Shown here: in pieces, positions 51,066 to 64,000 of the stretch
Layout of the letters: every line of letters starts with the position of its first letter
How positions within the stretch are numbered: the stretch's first letter is position 1
Source of the DNA: Schmidtea polychroa
Taxonomy: Eukaryota
Assembly (NCBI GenBank): GCA_044892525.1
Contig: CM097885.1
Location: forward strand, 18,044,001-18,108,000
Direction: 5' to 3'
Length of the DNA: 64,000 nucleotides
Notes under the pieces: generated by a model
Seen by the model: only the letters and a program-made list of their open reading frames with translations
What the model was told of the DNA's origin: nothing
Database searches by the model: none
Position numbers and translations under genes: made by a program

Positions 51066-52799
51066 TGTATCTGAATGATGGATATTTCAATTAAATACTC
51101 ATGATAGGATATATAATCTCTTACCTAATACATTTCCAAATAAATCACAGTTGCTTTGAAAATGATTTTTCTTGTTTAAATTATCGGTAATAATATTATT
51201 CTGAAACGATATATAAATTGAATATTATACAAATGATAAACTGACATTGTTTTGCATTTTAATCGTTTAGTTATTATTGAATCTGCGAATTCTTATATAG
51301 CAGAAATATTCAATAAAAATAAAGAATAGAAGGATTGAAATTTGAAAGGATTGGTTTTCCATTTCATTTGATATTGCAGCAAAATACATTGAATTTCTTG
51401 TATAGATAGTTGTTTTATAAAATTGTTATCCATCTTGATTAATTTACAAATTAAATTCATAGATTTTGGTAGGCTTGATTTTAATATTCGACACTTTCTA
51501 ACAGAAGTTTATCGTTATCATATTAAAAATATTGATTTTTAAAAATCTTTGATAACTCAAAATTGTCCTAGTAACAAATAATATGATGTCATATGAAATA
51601 ACACTAATAAAATTTATTGATTGTTATTCCGGTTAACGATATTCAGTAAAATTTGTCGTTCAATGTTATAAAGTAAAATCATAATAATTTATATGTGAAT
51701 ATTAAACATTTGATCTACATTATTTTTATTGAATATTGTTAAAATTTATCGTGTTTCCTGTTTGTAATTAATTTCTTTTTTTAATGTTACGCATTAATTT
51801 TATTATTTTCCAATGAGATTTCAATAAGTTAACAGAAACTAAATAAACATATGAGTTAAGATAATGATACTTTCCAAAGGCTGATTTGATACGAAATTTT
51901 GTTCCCTTTGGATAATATGCCCAGTGGAGGATCAAAAGTCGTATCAACGGTATATATATATATATATATAAAAACAGTTGTATGGAGTGGTCCAGTATCC
52001 ATGACCAGATCGAGTAACCCTTTTTTAACCCTTTTACTGACAAAACGATTGTAACATACCTGTTTGCATGGAATAAAATCGAAAAATGGCGAAAATTGCT
52101 ATGAATTTGGAAGGTTACTCAGAATCACCCAAAAATCGATTGGAACAATAATATAAAAATACAAAAAATATGGATAAATCTTCAAAGGAAAGACGCCGCA
52201 AAAAGCAAATTGTTTTAGAAGAACAGGGAAATAAATCTGTGTTTGGTAATTAATTATAGTTAAAAATATATCTAATTTATATCAAAATAATTCCAAGATA
52301 ATTGTCATGTATACATTCCCAAAAAACAGCTGAAAAGTAATTGAAAATAAATTATAATACAAATGTTGACTAAAAGTAATATATAAGAGCTTGAGTAATG
52401 ATCTCATAATTACATATAAAATCAAAATTTAAGCCTTAAAATTTACTAAAAATTAAAATTCTCCTTTGAGAACCAGTTATAAAATAGCTAAAATGAATAA
52501 ACTTATAAATTAACTTCATTTCATCACAAATAAACAGTCATCTATAATTGAGGTACACACCAACCAGTATGATATTTGCTTTTGTAACGTGCAAACAGGT
52601 GTATCAACATCTTTTTCTAAAAGCACAAATGCACTTGCTTAGTAAAATATTACTCTTTATATATTTAATAAAAGATATAGTTGCCAAATAAAGTAGGAGA
52701 TATTCATAATGTTTTATGATGGAGTAGGTGAACTGTTCAAATGAACGAGGAAGATCAAATTAATGGTTTAGCAGAGATTTTTGTTTCAGCGATTTTCGA

Positions 52800-53000
52800 A
52801 TTTTGACGGAATAAACACCACTGAAAGAAGTACATCAACTGAGAACTTTTTTCAAAATTTCGAAATAGAGCAATTAAAAATGGTTCAACAGGTCTCAGTA
52901 TTGATGTCAGACCACGCGTAATCAAAATAGCTGATAACCAAATGCATGGTACCAGTGTGTTAAACACGTGTTCTACATAGATACTTGTTCAATTCAAGAA
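52800..53000 (-). pseudogene. Possible pogo/Tigger DDE transposase remnant
   Basis: LITRGLTSILRPVE resembles the IPxGLTSILQPLD motif. Confidence 0.3.
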
Positions 53001-53479
53001 CGTTGGAATTTGGAAGTTAGGGTACACATTTTATGACGTTGTCATCTAAAGCGCCATTAAGAAATCTAGTGTGCTGATAGTTATTTACTTAAATAAGGAC
53101 GCCGCAAAAACTGATCACGCTTAAAGAGGAGGGCAGAAAATGTATAGGTTTGGTTTATATTTAAATTTCTTTGACAATAGTGCCCAAAAAACTGACTAGG
53201 AACAGTTTGAGAAAAATCGTGATAATATTAGAACAAATAGCTAGTTGTAGTGGTAACATTTAGTGTACCTTAAGCATTCGAAAGGACTTTCATACTAAAA
53301 TATCTAATAATACCAAATCTTGTTGCTGTGTGGATATTGTCTAACTCAGTCAATAGCGACGAGGTTTCATTTGGTGGATGTTCATTTAATCATGACGCCT
53401 GTTAAGAAGCAAATTATTTTAGATAATAATGATTTCAGGGCAACATTTCACCAGAAAAATTAGATAATATTGTAAAATT

Positions 53480-54158
53480 TTGTAAACAAACATTATATTA
53501 ATACAAATGAAAATACTGAACTTTTATATATCGATATTAATAATTTGTACAACTGTGCTCTTAGCCAAAAAACTTACTAGGGTGAGTTTTCTTAGGTGAT
53601 AGATGAGCCAAATTAAGTAATTTATTAAAAGACTGAATCTATTGATCTACATTCACTTTCATGTGTGTATACTATGGAAGTGGATTTAGATATTCCAACA
53701 TCTATTCACGATAAACTGGATGATTTTCCGGTTGCGGCTGAAAGGGTGTGTGCTCCATGATCTAAAGTGGAAAAGTTGATGCTCACGCATTTGCCAAAGA
53801 AGAACAATGTTCTTCATTGGAGACTTTTCCAACTTTATCTTTCTCTTGGAGTAAAGGTTACTCAAATTCATATGGATATCAAATTTCATCAATATACTAT
53901 ATTCAAAAAATATATTGGCACAAACACTCAACTTCGGGCTGTGTCAACAAATAATCTCGACACAAATTATTTAAAACTTCGAAATAATAGTTTATATGGA
54001 AGACAGTTGAAAACTTGAAGAAGCGAATGACTTTGAGATTATGTAACTCAACTTCTAAACTATTTCCAATTAAAAATATAAAATTAGCCCTAACAAATTA
54101 TGATGATAAGAGGCATTTGATAAGTAAAAATAAAGGTTTAGCCTATGGGCATTATTAA
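53480..54158 (+). pseudogene. Degenerate protein-primed family B DNA polymerase (Polinton), internally deleted
   Basis: LYIDINNLY..ALSQ, MEVDLDIPTSIHDKLDDFP, KLRNNSLYGR, YDDKRHL..LAYGH in several frames; YxDTDS not seen. Confidence 0.8.
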
Positions 54159-56412
54159 ATAGGTAACACAGTTATGGGTAATGTCAACAATGTTGAAGTA
54201 AATGTTCCGGACGAAGAAAATGATGAATATATTCATCCACATTTCCCAGACGATGAATATGTTCACCCTCATTTTAAGTACGAAAAAGATAATCAATATG
54301 CACTTCAACAATTCTCGGATAAATTTTGAATTAAAATAAAGTTTATTAAATAGTGGGCAATTATTAAATAATTAATTGGTACGGTGTCACCAGGAAATAT
54401 GGCACCATCAGCCAATAATATTTTGCTTGAAAATTCTCACGATATAAAAGATTAAACACTTACCCCGATGGTAACGGAAATCTTAGATGATGTCACAGAA
54501 GGAATCAATCATTCGAGATGCCAAACAAAACAATAACAAGATCAGGCAGGCGTATGATTCCGCCTTCTCAGTTCAACGACTATGGATGAAGGATGTTGTA
54601 AATAAGTTTGTGCAAATATTCTAAATATCACCAAATTCAGGATATTTAAATTAGTGAATAAAACATGTCTTCAAGTTTCAAATTAGTTCTTGTTCAGTTT
54701 TTTATTTCAATTTATATTATCATTACAAACAAGAAATAATTACAGTAAAATGGTGTCAGAAGATAAACATATGTCAACAATAACAATTTTGATTGTTTTC
54801 ATCAATGAGAATGAAATTGTTGCATTTATTTCCAGCTTTTATGTTATTTATTCGAGTTTCGAGGAGCATCCCAGGGAAATATGAGATGTAGAACTACTTG
54901 TAACAATTGTTGGTCAATTTTATAACTATTTGAGACTGATATCAATTACAATAAATGTCACAGTTAGAAACATAGCATCTAATGTAGCTCTCGGTCCTTT
55001 ACAGTCCGAACCAAATGTTTTAGAAACGTTGCTGTATTAGGTTTATACTTGCCGTCTGCACTTTTATATAACATCAATTCAAGAAATCTACATTGAAATT
55101 AGTTCACCTTTTAACACAATCATCGGCATTACATATTCAAATATGACATTTTGGAAATGAATGTCACACAAAATATTAAATGGCTTCAATCCATTGATGC
55201 TGTTGTCCATAAAACTCAGGTAGAAGCATTTTTGTGATTCTTTACACGAAATATATCTACAAAATTAAAACTACTAGAAATCACATAGAAACAGAACTCC
55301 TCTTATTTTTGTGAAAAGACGATAGATGGAAATGGGTTCATTTTGAATTTATTCTGCAGTAGTGACACTTATTCAAGACATTGTAGTTATTAATTAACTT
55401 GACTATGAATCGGGAAGTATATCGATATTTTTGATATATTTACTGATTCATAGTCAAACCTTTTAATAAATACAATGTCAATGGAAAAGAAATCAGTAGT
55501 GAAATTTGACAAAAAAGTTCTTATAATACTTATTCAAGAGCTTAGATTATAAACAAATCTCTAAATGTTCATTCTCCTTTCACTTTAGCTAAAGCGCCAT
55601 AGTTACTGCAATATCTCAAATTATAACATAACAGTTCTCTCTAACTTACCTCCAAAGGTTTAATCTAAAACAATAATTCACAAGACTACAAAATCGAATA
55701 TGCCAAAAGTGCAGAAAGAAACAATAATTTCATGAATGATCAAGGTTCTGAGACTAACTCAAATAAAAATTACGCCTATTAAAACAATTTCCAATTCATG
55801 ATGAAACAAATAGTCCAGAGACAAACACAACAATTCCAAAGAATACTCGGAATTTGGAAAGTACTTGCAATCCAAGATTAGATCAAAAAACATACGAATC
55901 GAACATATCAAACTAGTTCAAATATCTAACTATTCAACAAAATAGATATCCTTCGCATATTGGAAAAGTGAAAGAAAAATACTCTTACGTAGTCAAATAT
56001 TTATTAATAAAAATGTACAATTACATAATGAATATGTAAGAAATAAATACAGTGAATTCTCTTGTCTGCCATTTTAACGACGCTGGCACTTATACACACA
56101 CACATACACACGCAGTCAAAGATAAACAAAAGTTAATCAATAAGCATCGTACAGCCTTGGGAGTTAGTTACTAAGGTGGTCAATGTTAAAGTGGTGGAGG
56201 ATACGACAAATGTCAAGAAGAATGGTCGTAGTTTCCACATTAAAGATCCAAAAAAACAGAATAAAATCATCACGACATTGATGAAATGTCGTTTCAAAAT
56301 CATTCAAAAAAGGGTTATTGATGGAAGTATAGTTATTTCTCCACTTTCCAATCAATAAAACTCTTCTTTCAAATCAGATACTAACTGACAAATTTATGAA
56401 ACAATATTAAAA

Positions 56413-56556
56413 AACCCAGTTAAAGATCATGATCATTTCACTGGAAAATATTCAGGTACAAGCTATTCAATATGTAATTTAGCAAGACGAATTAGGCTAC
56501 GCTTACCAATCGTATTTCCTAATTCGAGAGAATAGGATATACATTCTTTTATAAAG
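56413..56556 (+). pseudogene. Polinton pPolB N-terminal fragment (His-Cys/endonuclease VII-like motif to the start of the exonuclease)
   Basis: VKDHDHFTGKYSGTSYSICNL..LPIVFPN..*DIH. Confidence 0.7.
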
Positions 56557-57144
56557 AATGATTGGAATAAATTTAAACATAGGAAAAAGTCTTATTTCAG
56601 TTAGGACTAGTTTGTAAAGCCAATCGTTCATTGTAAAAAGTGCATTTATTGATTGTTATCAGTTCGTCAATGACTCAAAATGCTTCGAGCTATTTATTTA
56701 ATCTCTATAAACCAATTTTAATGAGAAATCATGGAAAGAATGTGAAACAAAATTAAATTAAAAAATTAAAGTTTATTGAAACAATTCGTTCTGATAATAA
56801 TTTTTAATATATTTGATAACGATTCCTTCGCCTTAGAATAGCTTGATACCCTGCCTGTCTATAATAAATGAGAATGATTAAATTTAATAGAATTAATCTT
56901 ATCTTAGATCCTTTCAACTCTAGCCCTTGAGATTTCAACGATATCTTTTTCATGTCTGATTGGAAATTATGAAGCACAACGGGGTCAATAAAAATAGATA
57001 ACAATATTAAGTTTATTAATTGATTAATTTAAATTAATTAGTAAGTTATTATTCCTCATTGGATCTATTATAAAACCTTAATAGAATATTCAAAATGAAT
57101 ATGCTTATTTCCCCATTGTGCTTCACCTTTCCTCCAAACTTGAA

Positions 57145-58605
57145 TCAGTTATTGTCCTCTGTCAAACAACTCTTGTCAAATATATAACTTTTCCTAAGTT
57201 TATATTTCTTCAATATTCCATTGTTGTAATAATATCTAGAAAGTAAATATGATTGAAATGGAAAAGGTAAACAAATGAAAACCTCAAATTTCTTGACATG
57301 GATTCGTAAGTCATAGTTTCATTGCCTTGAAATATTCCCCATAAAGCGGCAATCTATTTAGTATTTTTGATGATGAAAGATCCTTCTTGTTCGTCTATCC
57401 ACGCGACTCCCATGTCATGTTGTCTTGCACATTTATCTTTTAGAACAAATAAGAAGAATTGCCACATTTCCATCCGACATGAAATGTTGTCACGAACGTT
57501 CTCAATAATTTCTATTTGTTTTCTTGTTAACTCAAAATAAAATTTCGATTTTTTCGGAATGGGTCTCAAACTGATGTCTTTTACTGATCTTGAAGGTTTT
57601 GAACATTTCCTGATGTCATTAGAGGAAGAGTCAGAAACTTTTTCATTATATCTATTATCTTGTAACTTAAGATTGGAAGGTTGTAATTTTTGATGATTTA
57701 TCAATTCCTTAGTTATGTAAGAATCTGCAGTCATGAATCCCGAGGACATATATCCACTATCATAATTCAGTTTTGGTAATTTATAATTATTATCATTATT
57801 ATTTTCATTTCCATCAAAATGGCAATTATCAAAACTTCTTTTTTTGTCAGTAGATAAAATCGAATTGTTTAATTCTTTCGGTTTGATTAGTCTATGAATT
57901 AGTTTTGGTTTTTTCTTCGTATGAATTTGATTTTGAATATTTACAAAATCATTAGGAGCAGATTCATATACATAATTTTCAGTCATATAACCAGACATGT
58001 TATTTGCCATTGGTGTATATAAATGGGCGTTGGAATAATTTGGATAGTTACTGTTAGGTAGACTTATATATCCGGATGGGATTCCGAAAGGTTGGGGCAT
58101 AAATTGTAGGTCATTGTTATTGTGACTGTTGAATAATTGATGATTGTTGTTTATGTTCAATAAATTTTGATTCGAAATAAATTGGTTATTATTATTATTA
58201 TTATAATCATTTTGCAATGAAGTATTATTGTTTATTCCAAATGTCGATTCATATTGATTATAATTCTGATTGTAAGGATTATAAATAAAGTTATTAGACA
58301 TTGATGGGGTCAATGGATCTTGAGGAAGAGATTGATTGATTAATGGACTGAACTCTAAAATAACAATGAATAAAGTCAGTGAATTTTTTAAATATTACCA
58401 GGTAAATCTTTAATGATTTCATCGAATACTAAAGAAATTAGAACATATAATTTAAATGGTATACTTAATAAATTGCTTACGCTCATTGTCGGGCAAAAAG
58501 CTATCAGATTGATCTAAATTTAAATAAATTAAATAAAGTTAATTAAAATATTTAATAATTACCTTTAAAAATCTCGTCGAACCAAGCTTGATCATCCTGG
58601 TTCAT
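57145..58605 (-). pseudogene. ETS transcription factor (copy 3) with a nonsense codon in the ETS domain
   Basis: AAG to TAG at 57354-57356; also an N-to-D change. Confidence 0.85.
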
Positions 58606-59651
58606 TGTATCTGAATGATGGATATTTCAATTAAATACTCATGATAGGATATATAATCTCTTACCTAATACATTTCCAAATAAATCACAGTTGCTTTGAA
58701 AATGATTTTTCTTGTTTAAATTATCGGTAATAATATTATTCTGAAACGATATATAAATTGAATATTATACAAATGATAAACTGACATTGTTTTGCATTTT
58801 AATCGTTTAGTTATTATTGAATCTGCGAATTCTTATATAGCAGAAATATTCAATAAAAATAAAGAATAGAAGGATTGAAATTTGAAAGGATTGGTTTTCC
58901 ATTTTATTTGATATTGCTGCATAATACATTGAATTTCTTGTATAGATAGTTGTTTTATAAAATTGTTATCCATCTTGATTAATTTACAAATGAAATTCAT
59001 AGATTTTGGTAGGCTTGATTTTAATATTCGACACTTTCTAACAGAAGTTTATCGTTATCATATTAAAAATATTGATTTTTAAAAATCTTTGATAACTCAA
59101 AATTGTCCTAGTAACAAATAATATGATGTCATATGAAATAACACTAATAAAATTTATTGATTGTTATTCCGGTTAACGATATTCAGTAAAATTTGTCGTT
59201 CAATGTTATAAAGTAAAATCATAATAATTTATATGTGAATATTAAACATTTGATCTACATTATTTTTATTGAATATTGTTAAAATTTATCGTGTTTCTGT
59301 TTGTAATTAATTAATTTTTTTAATATTACGCATTAATTTTATTATTTTCCAATGAGATTTCAATATGTTAACTGTAATTAAATAAAAATATGAGTTAAAA
59401 TAACGATACTTTCCAAAATAATAAACAAGGCTGATATGATTTTTTTCACAAAAATGAAATAGGAGGGTGTATAAACGGGAGATTTGTTTAATATGTTTCA
59501 ATAAATAATTTTTAATGATCAAAATTATTCTGCTATTTTTGATATTTGTAATTTCGGTTACTTAGAAATATGTATGATTTAATTTCGAAGGAAGACTGAC
59601 ATTGACAAAATTTGACATAAAACTTGTAAATTTAACGAACTCTATTATTAA

Positions 59652-59855
59652 CCACTTGCCTGGCGCGCGCTCAAAAATGTGTACCATTTCAGACGAGCGC
59701 TCACATGTGAGCGCAAACTCATATAGAAAAAATATTGTCCTTTGAACTCGGAAAATTGAAAAAAAATATTTACGTTATATTTTGATTATATTAATGATTT
59801 AAAAAAATAGTTTTTTTTTGACCGAAAACATGAAAAAAAATCGCCCGGCAAGTGG
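59652..59855. mobile_element. piggyBac-like MITE (copy)
   Basis: Copy of 28522-28725. Confidence 0.8.
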
Positions 59856-60796
59856 TTAAGTTACAAAACCAAATAACTGATCATAGTTATTATGAGATAA
59901 TACAATGAGCTATTATAAATAACAATCTGAAATTACTTTCAAATGTTTGTTGCTGGAGAGAGCTGCAATTGTGTTTGAACACAGGGTTTTTGTTGACTTT
60001 ACGCCTGCTAATGTTAAAGCTAGTTTTGAAAAGTCTAGCCATTTTGCGAAGTTCCATTTTCATAGGTGAAATAGTTAGGGATATTCGGTTTTGTGTTTAT
60101 AATTAAATTTATAGAAAATGGGTTAAACTGAGGATAAGAATTGTCGTTCATTAGTGGAGTATTTTCTTCATTTATGTTTGTGGAGCCTTCGAATGTTCGG
60201 TTGCCTTCTTGTCAAAAGAGGTTGTTTGCGTTTGTTTGTATTAGCTGTTAATGTTTGTTTATGTTCTAAAGAAATTAGTTTAATTCAGGATATGGCTTAC
60301 TGTGTTCAGCCAAAAGTACCACTATTCTTAACACATCTATATTAGGTATCTATATTAGGGATTGTGGTCGAAAAATAAATTTCGCGAGTGTGTTTTGTAT
60401 TTTTGCTTCTGAAACCAGTTATATTGTAAAATGTTTATGTCTACGTTTATAATGTATGTTATGTTATTAATGTTTGCTTGTAGAGTGAAGAGATATGTAG
60501 GGTCCAACAGAGTCTCATTTAAAACTTGTATTTAGATAGTTGGGGTGAATGTATATCTAATTTGTGTGCCTGTGTAGATTTTAAGAATGTGAAAAACAAA
60601 TAAAAATTATTATCCATTTAACATAAAACGCACTGAAACAAATGTTTACAACTTTTATTGAAATAACAAAATAGAAAAAAACCTTTAGATTTGGATCATA
60701 AACATATTTTTAGATTTCATCATTTTTTCTTTAAATTTGCATTCTTTTCTAAATCCTACTAGTATTTTTTTAATATTAACTTTTTTAATAATATTT

Positions 60797-60925
<129 letters not shown>

Positions 60926-61096
60926 GTAGTATATAATGAGGACTCCAGGAATATAGGTCAATTGAATCATTTATTATTATTATTATTTTTTTTTAAATTA
61001 ACATTTTATTTAATAAATTCCTTCTCCAAAAGTATTTAGAATTCAAAAAATATTGAAAACTAAAAAGGTCGGCAAGGATAAACAATACTATGTCAA

Positions 61097-62170
61097 ATGG
61101 CATGGTTATCAAAACCCGTCATGGATATCAGCAAAAGACCTAGTAAAGTGAATTTTTATACTATTTTGCCGAGCAATAGTTGCTCATTAATTCATCCAGA
61201 CAATCAAGCCAGTAAATTTATGGTCAATCTCCAGAATCCGATTTCTTTAAATGGTGACTGGGAAGTTGCACTGCAAGATTTTACATTCGTGTACAACACA
61301 TTCCCATTTTATAGTCAATGTAAGATTGATTTCAAAAGGAATATTGTGAAAACATGTAGCGGTATCTTTATTATCAGTAATTATGATAAAACATATCATA
61401 TTCCGAATCAAATATTAGATTCGCATTGCTATATGTTTTACAAGGATGGATTAAATATCAGTTGTGATTTTAAACCATTTACAATAACATTCGAAACTAT
61501 TGAAGATGCCAAACGAATGGGTTGCAATAAGTTGAAAAATATTGTTACAGAGATCGAGTATTTATTACGTTTTAATCTATTTGAAGCAAACAGTGTAATG
61601 AAAGAAGAAATCAAAATATCGGTCTCGTATAATGATGAAGTTGAAGAATCATTTACCTTTGCTGATGAATTATATTTTGATAAACTCGATGTATTACTTA
61701 AATATTTAAAGTTCAATTGTTCACACATATTTAAAAATTTGGAAATTGTGAAAGATTTGATGTTTACCTTCAGTTTGAATGATGATATTTGCGAAGTTAC
61801 ATTTGATAAAAATTTGGCAAATTCACTTGGATTAGATAAGCAAAAATATCGAGAAAAATCGACTGGTATACGCAAACCAAGAATACTAGAACATCATCAA
61901 CAAATGTTCATATATACTAACATTATCGAACCCATAATTGTTGGTGATTCCAATGTTCCTCTTTTGAAATCGGTATGGATTGGCAAATATGAACATGATG
62001 AAGTTGTCAATATAAATATCGATAATCCCATGTATTTACCAATAGCAAGTTCATGTATAAACAATATAGAAATAAATATTCGTGATGATAGTGGAAAACT
62101 TATAAACTTTCCAAAAGGTTCAAAAACTCATTTGACATTACATTTTCGTAAAGTAGATGGCAAATTCTGA
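61097..62170 (+). CDS. Polinton penton (copy)
   Basis: Identical to 29997-31070. Confidence 0.85.
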   Translation: MAWLSKPVMDISKRPSKVNFYTILPSNSCSLIHPDNQASKFMVNLQNPISLNGDWEVALQDFTFVYNTFPFYSQCKIDFKRNIVKTCSGIFIISNYDKTYHIPNQILDSHCYMFYKDGLNISCDFKPFTITFETIEDAKRMGCNKLKNIVTEIEYLLRFNLFEANSVMKEEIKISVSYNDEVEESFTFADELYFDKLDVLLKYLKFNCSHIFKNLEIVKDLMFTFSLNDDICEVTFDKNLANSLGLDKQKYREKSTGIRKPRILEHHQQMFIYTNIIEPIIVGDSNVPLLKSVWIGKYEHDEVVNINIDNPMYLPIASSCINNIEINIRDDSGKLINFPKGSKTHLTLHFRKVDGKF

Positions 62171-62643
62171 TATTATTAGTATGTATAGTGGTAGCCAATC
62201 TGGTGGCGAATTACCATATTTTATTGGTAAACAGTACGGATCGTGATGGTTGAGAACAATTGGTAGATTTGCATTGCCTATTCTTAAACGTATTGGTAGT
62301 TTTGGTATGAAAACTGCAAAAGACGTTATTATGAATGAACAGAAAATATTACCATCTCTAAAAACAAATGCTTTAGCTGAATTAGGGAAAGTCTTACCAG
62401 GGGTTGCAGGTATGTTTCAAAAAATCTCCAGCTCCCGCTCCTGTTCCAAAACGTAAAAGACATGGAATATCACGTATAAACAAACGAATGAAAGGACATG
62501 GAACTATATTTGCAAAATGATTTGTGGTAAATCTGAATTATGTATATTTGATAGACCGTCGCCCCAGGCTGTAATAGAATTTGGGGCATTTGAGGAAGTT
62601 TTTCCTATGAATTCAATTACCGATAGTAGAAATGATATAGAGT
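62157..62643 (+). pseudogene. Polinton PZ-like gene and capsid 5' fragment (copy)
   Basis: Copy of 31057-31543. Confidence 0.75.
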
Positions 62644-64000
62644 AAATCAAAGTACAGGAGAGACCCCTTTTTACTTGATGTATTTAAGGAAAAATAATAT
62701 GCCGATTGATCTCAAATTCCAACCACCAATTTCACAATATATGGAGATACCCGATTATAAAGCAGGTTTGACAATAAAGCACAACCAAGAGAAATATAAA
62801 GAATCATACGATAAAAAAGCACATGCGCATGGCATAAAGATTGGAGATCTAGTATATCTGAACAGACCGGAACCTCTCAAAGGTTTATCGCCTAAATTGC
62901 AAAGACCATTTAAAGGACCCTACAAAGTGTGCGACACCACCGAAACCAATTTGAAGTTATTACCATTCAGGAGTAAAAAGGCTAACCCGATGATTGTGCA
63001 TGCAAATCGATGTAAACTAGTGCCAGAGGAAGATGAATCTAGATACCCCTTAAGATCCAAGCAGAATAAAGTAACGGGTCAAACAAAATTGAAACAGAAA
63101 TTCACGAAAAATCCAACACCAGTCAGCTACATCAATAAGATATTATATGTAGCAATAATGCTGATGTTAGTAACAGTTGCGAGCGGCAAAAAGATTGATT
63201 TACCATATGCGGTAAACAAAATCCGAGGAATGGAGAAAATACATATATATTCCACTCTAACAAATATAGTATGGAGCTGTAAATGCGAGATCGCAGACCA
63301 AATAGAAATTATTAATTTACTAGCCAATACGGCACCAGTGGTAGAACTGAATTATGATAAAGATATAGTTGCGGTACGAAAGTTAAAGCCAAATTACAAA
63401 TACCAATGGCTGTTGAGACAGAACATGTCAAAGTGGTACACGCAAATTCCGATAGAAGTGCACACAAAAGAGATGCGAAACTTGATCGAGATAGAACCAG
63501 AGATAAACGGAATCAATATATATTGGAAGCCAGTGGACTTGGTGAAAGTGCGACTCACATTTCAAGGGTTAAATGTCGACACCCTTAACTCGCGAAAATC
63601 ATTTATCCGCTACGAGAAATTGAAAATGAATCAAAATTATTCAGTTAATGCAAACTACTACGAGAACATATGCCTCGAAAATGGAACGGTAGTGAGAAAC
63701 CAGTGGTCACGATTTAAGAGTGAGACCCAGTCTATCTATCTCAGAGACGAGTCAAATCGTATAACCCTTATATAGAAACGATATATAGTATAAACGATAT
63801 ATAGAAAATCAGGAAATGATGAAAGAGTTGTTATTATCTACAAACAAAAAACCCTGACTATATTAGATGCCGGTAATCATTTTTTTACACTTTACACTTC
63901 TGATTTAGAGACGGCATGGGAATTAACAGTTAAATATCAGCGATGGATAACCGATCCAGGCAGATGGCAAACAGTTTTCGTGGAAGTCAAGACAATCAAT
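62641..64000 (+). mobile_element. Third copy of the Gypsy integrase tail/FN3 region
   Basis: Near-identical to 7947-9306. Confidence 0.92.

Larger units (their letters stand above)
31541..51885 (+). repeat. Tandem segmental duplication, copy B of 7947-~28290 (offset ~23.59 kb)
   Basis: Identical ORF series at offset 23587-23594, few SNPs. Confidence 0.97.

Noticed and set aside
54900..55160. Degenerate penton C-terminus
   Set aside because: Only a weak YLP..SIQEIYIEI resemblance

Overview
AT-rich eukaryotic DNA with introns of about 46 nt and AT/AAT microsatellites; an invertebrate, plausibly a planarian-type flatworm (inference). (1) Positions 1 to about 11.7 kb hold an unusual Ty3/Gypsy LTR retroelement with a 5' LTR end and a tRNA-Trp-like PBS. 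Its coding region reads as one giant polyprotein broken by only three local lesions: Gag with 3 CCHC knuckles, coiled coil, ubiquitin-like domain, Bcl-2-like domain, TM/signal, chuvirus/class-III-like envelope glycoprotein, TM, aspartic protease, RT, RNase H, integrase, a second signal peptide, FN3-like ectodomain, TM and a PPxY/PDZ tail. Its 3' region carries small accessory genes, including a spliced antisense gene, and a pre-miRNA-like hairpin. (2) Degraded Maverick/Polinton (adintovirus-like) modules: penton, PZ, major capsid, adenain protease and pPolB fragments. (3) An intronless FAAH-like amidase, a five-exon ETS transcription factor gene, a Penelope-like element with an inverted pLTR, a TTAA MITE and captured Rab3 and PCI exon fragments. 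(4) Most of the window is a recent tandem segmental duplication with a 23.6 kb unit: 7947-~28290 is repeated at 31541-~51885, and ~25620-32900 is repeated at ~56750-64000. The copies join at a Polinton-capsid/Gypsy-integrase microhomology junction. All domain calls come from motif recognition by eye; no database search was run.
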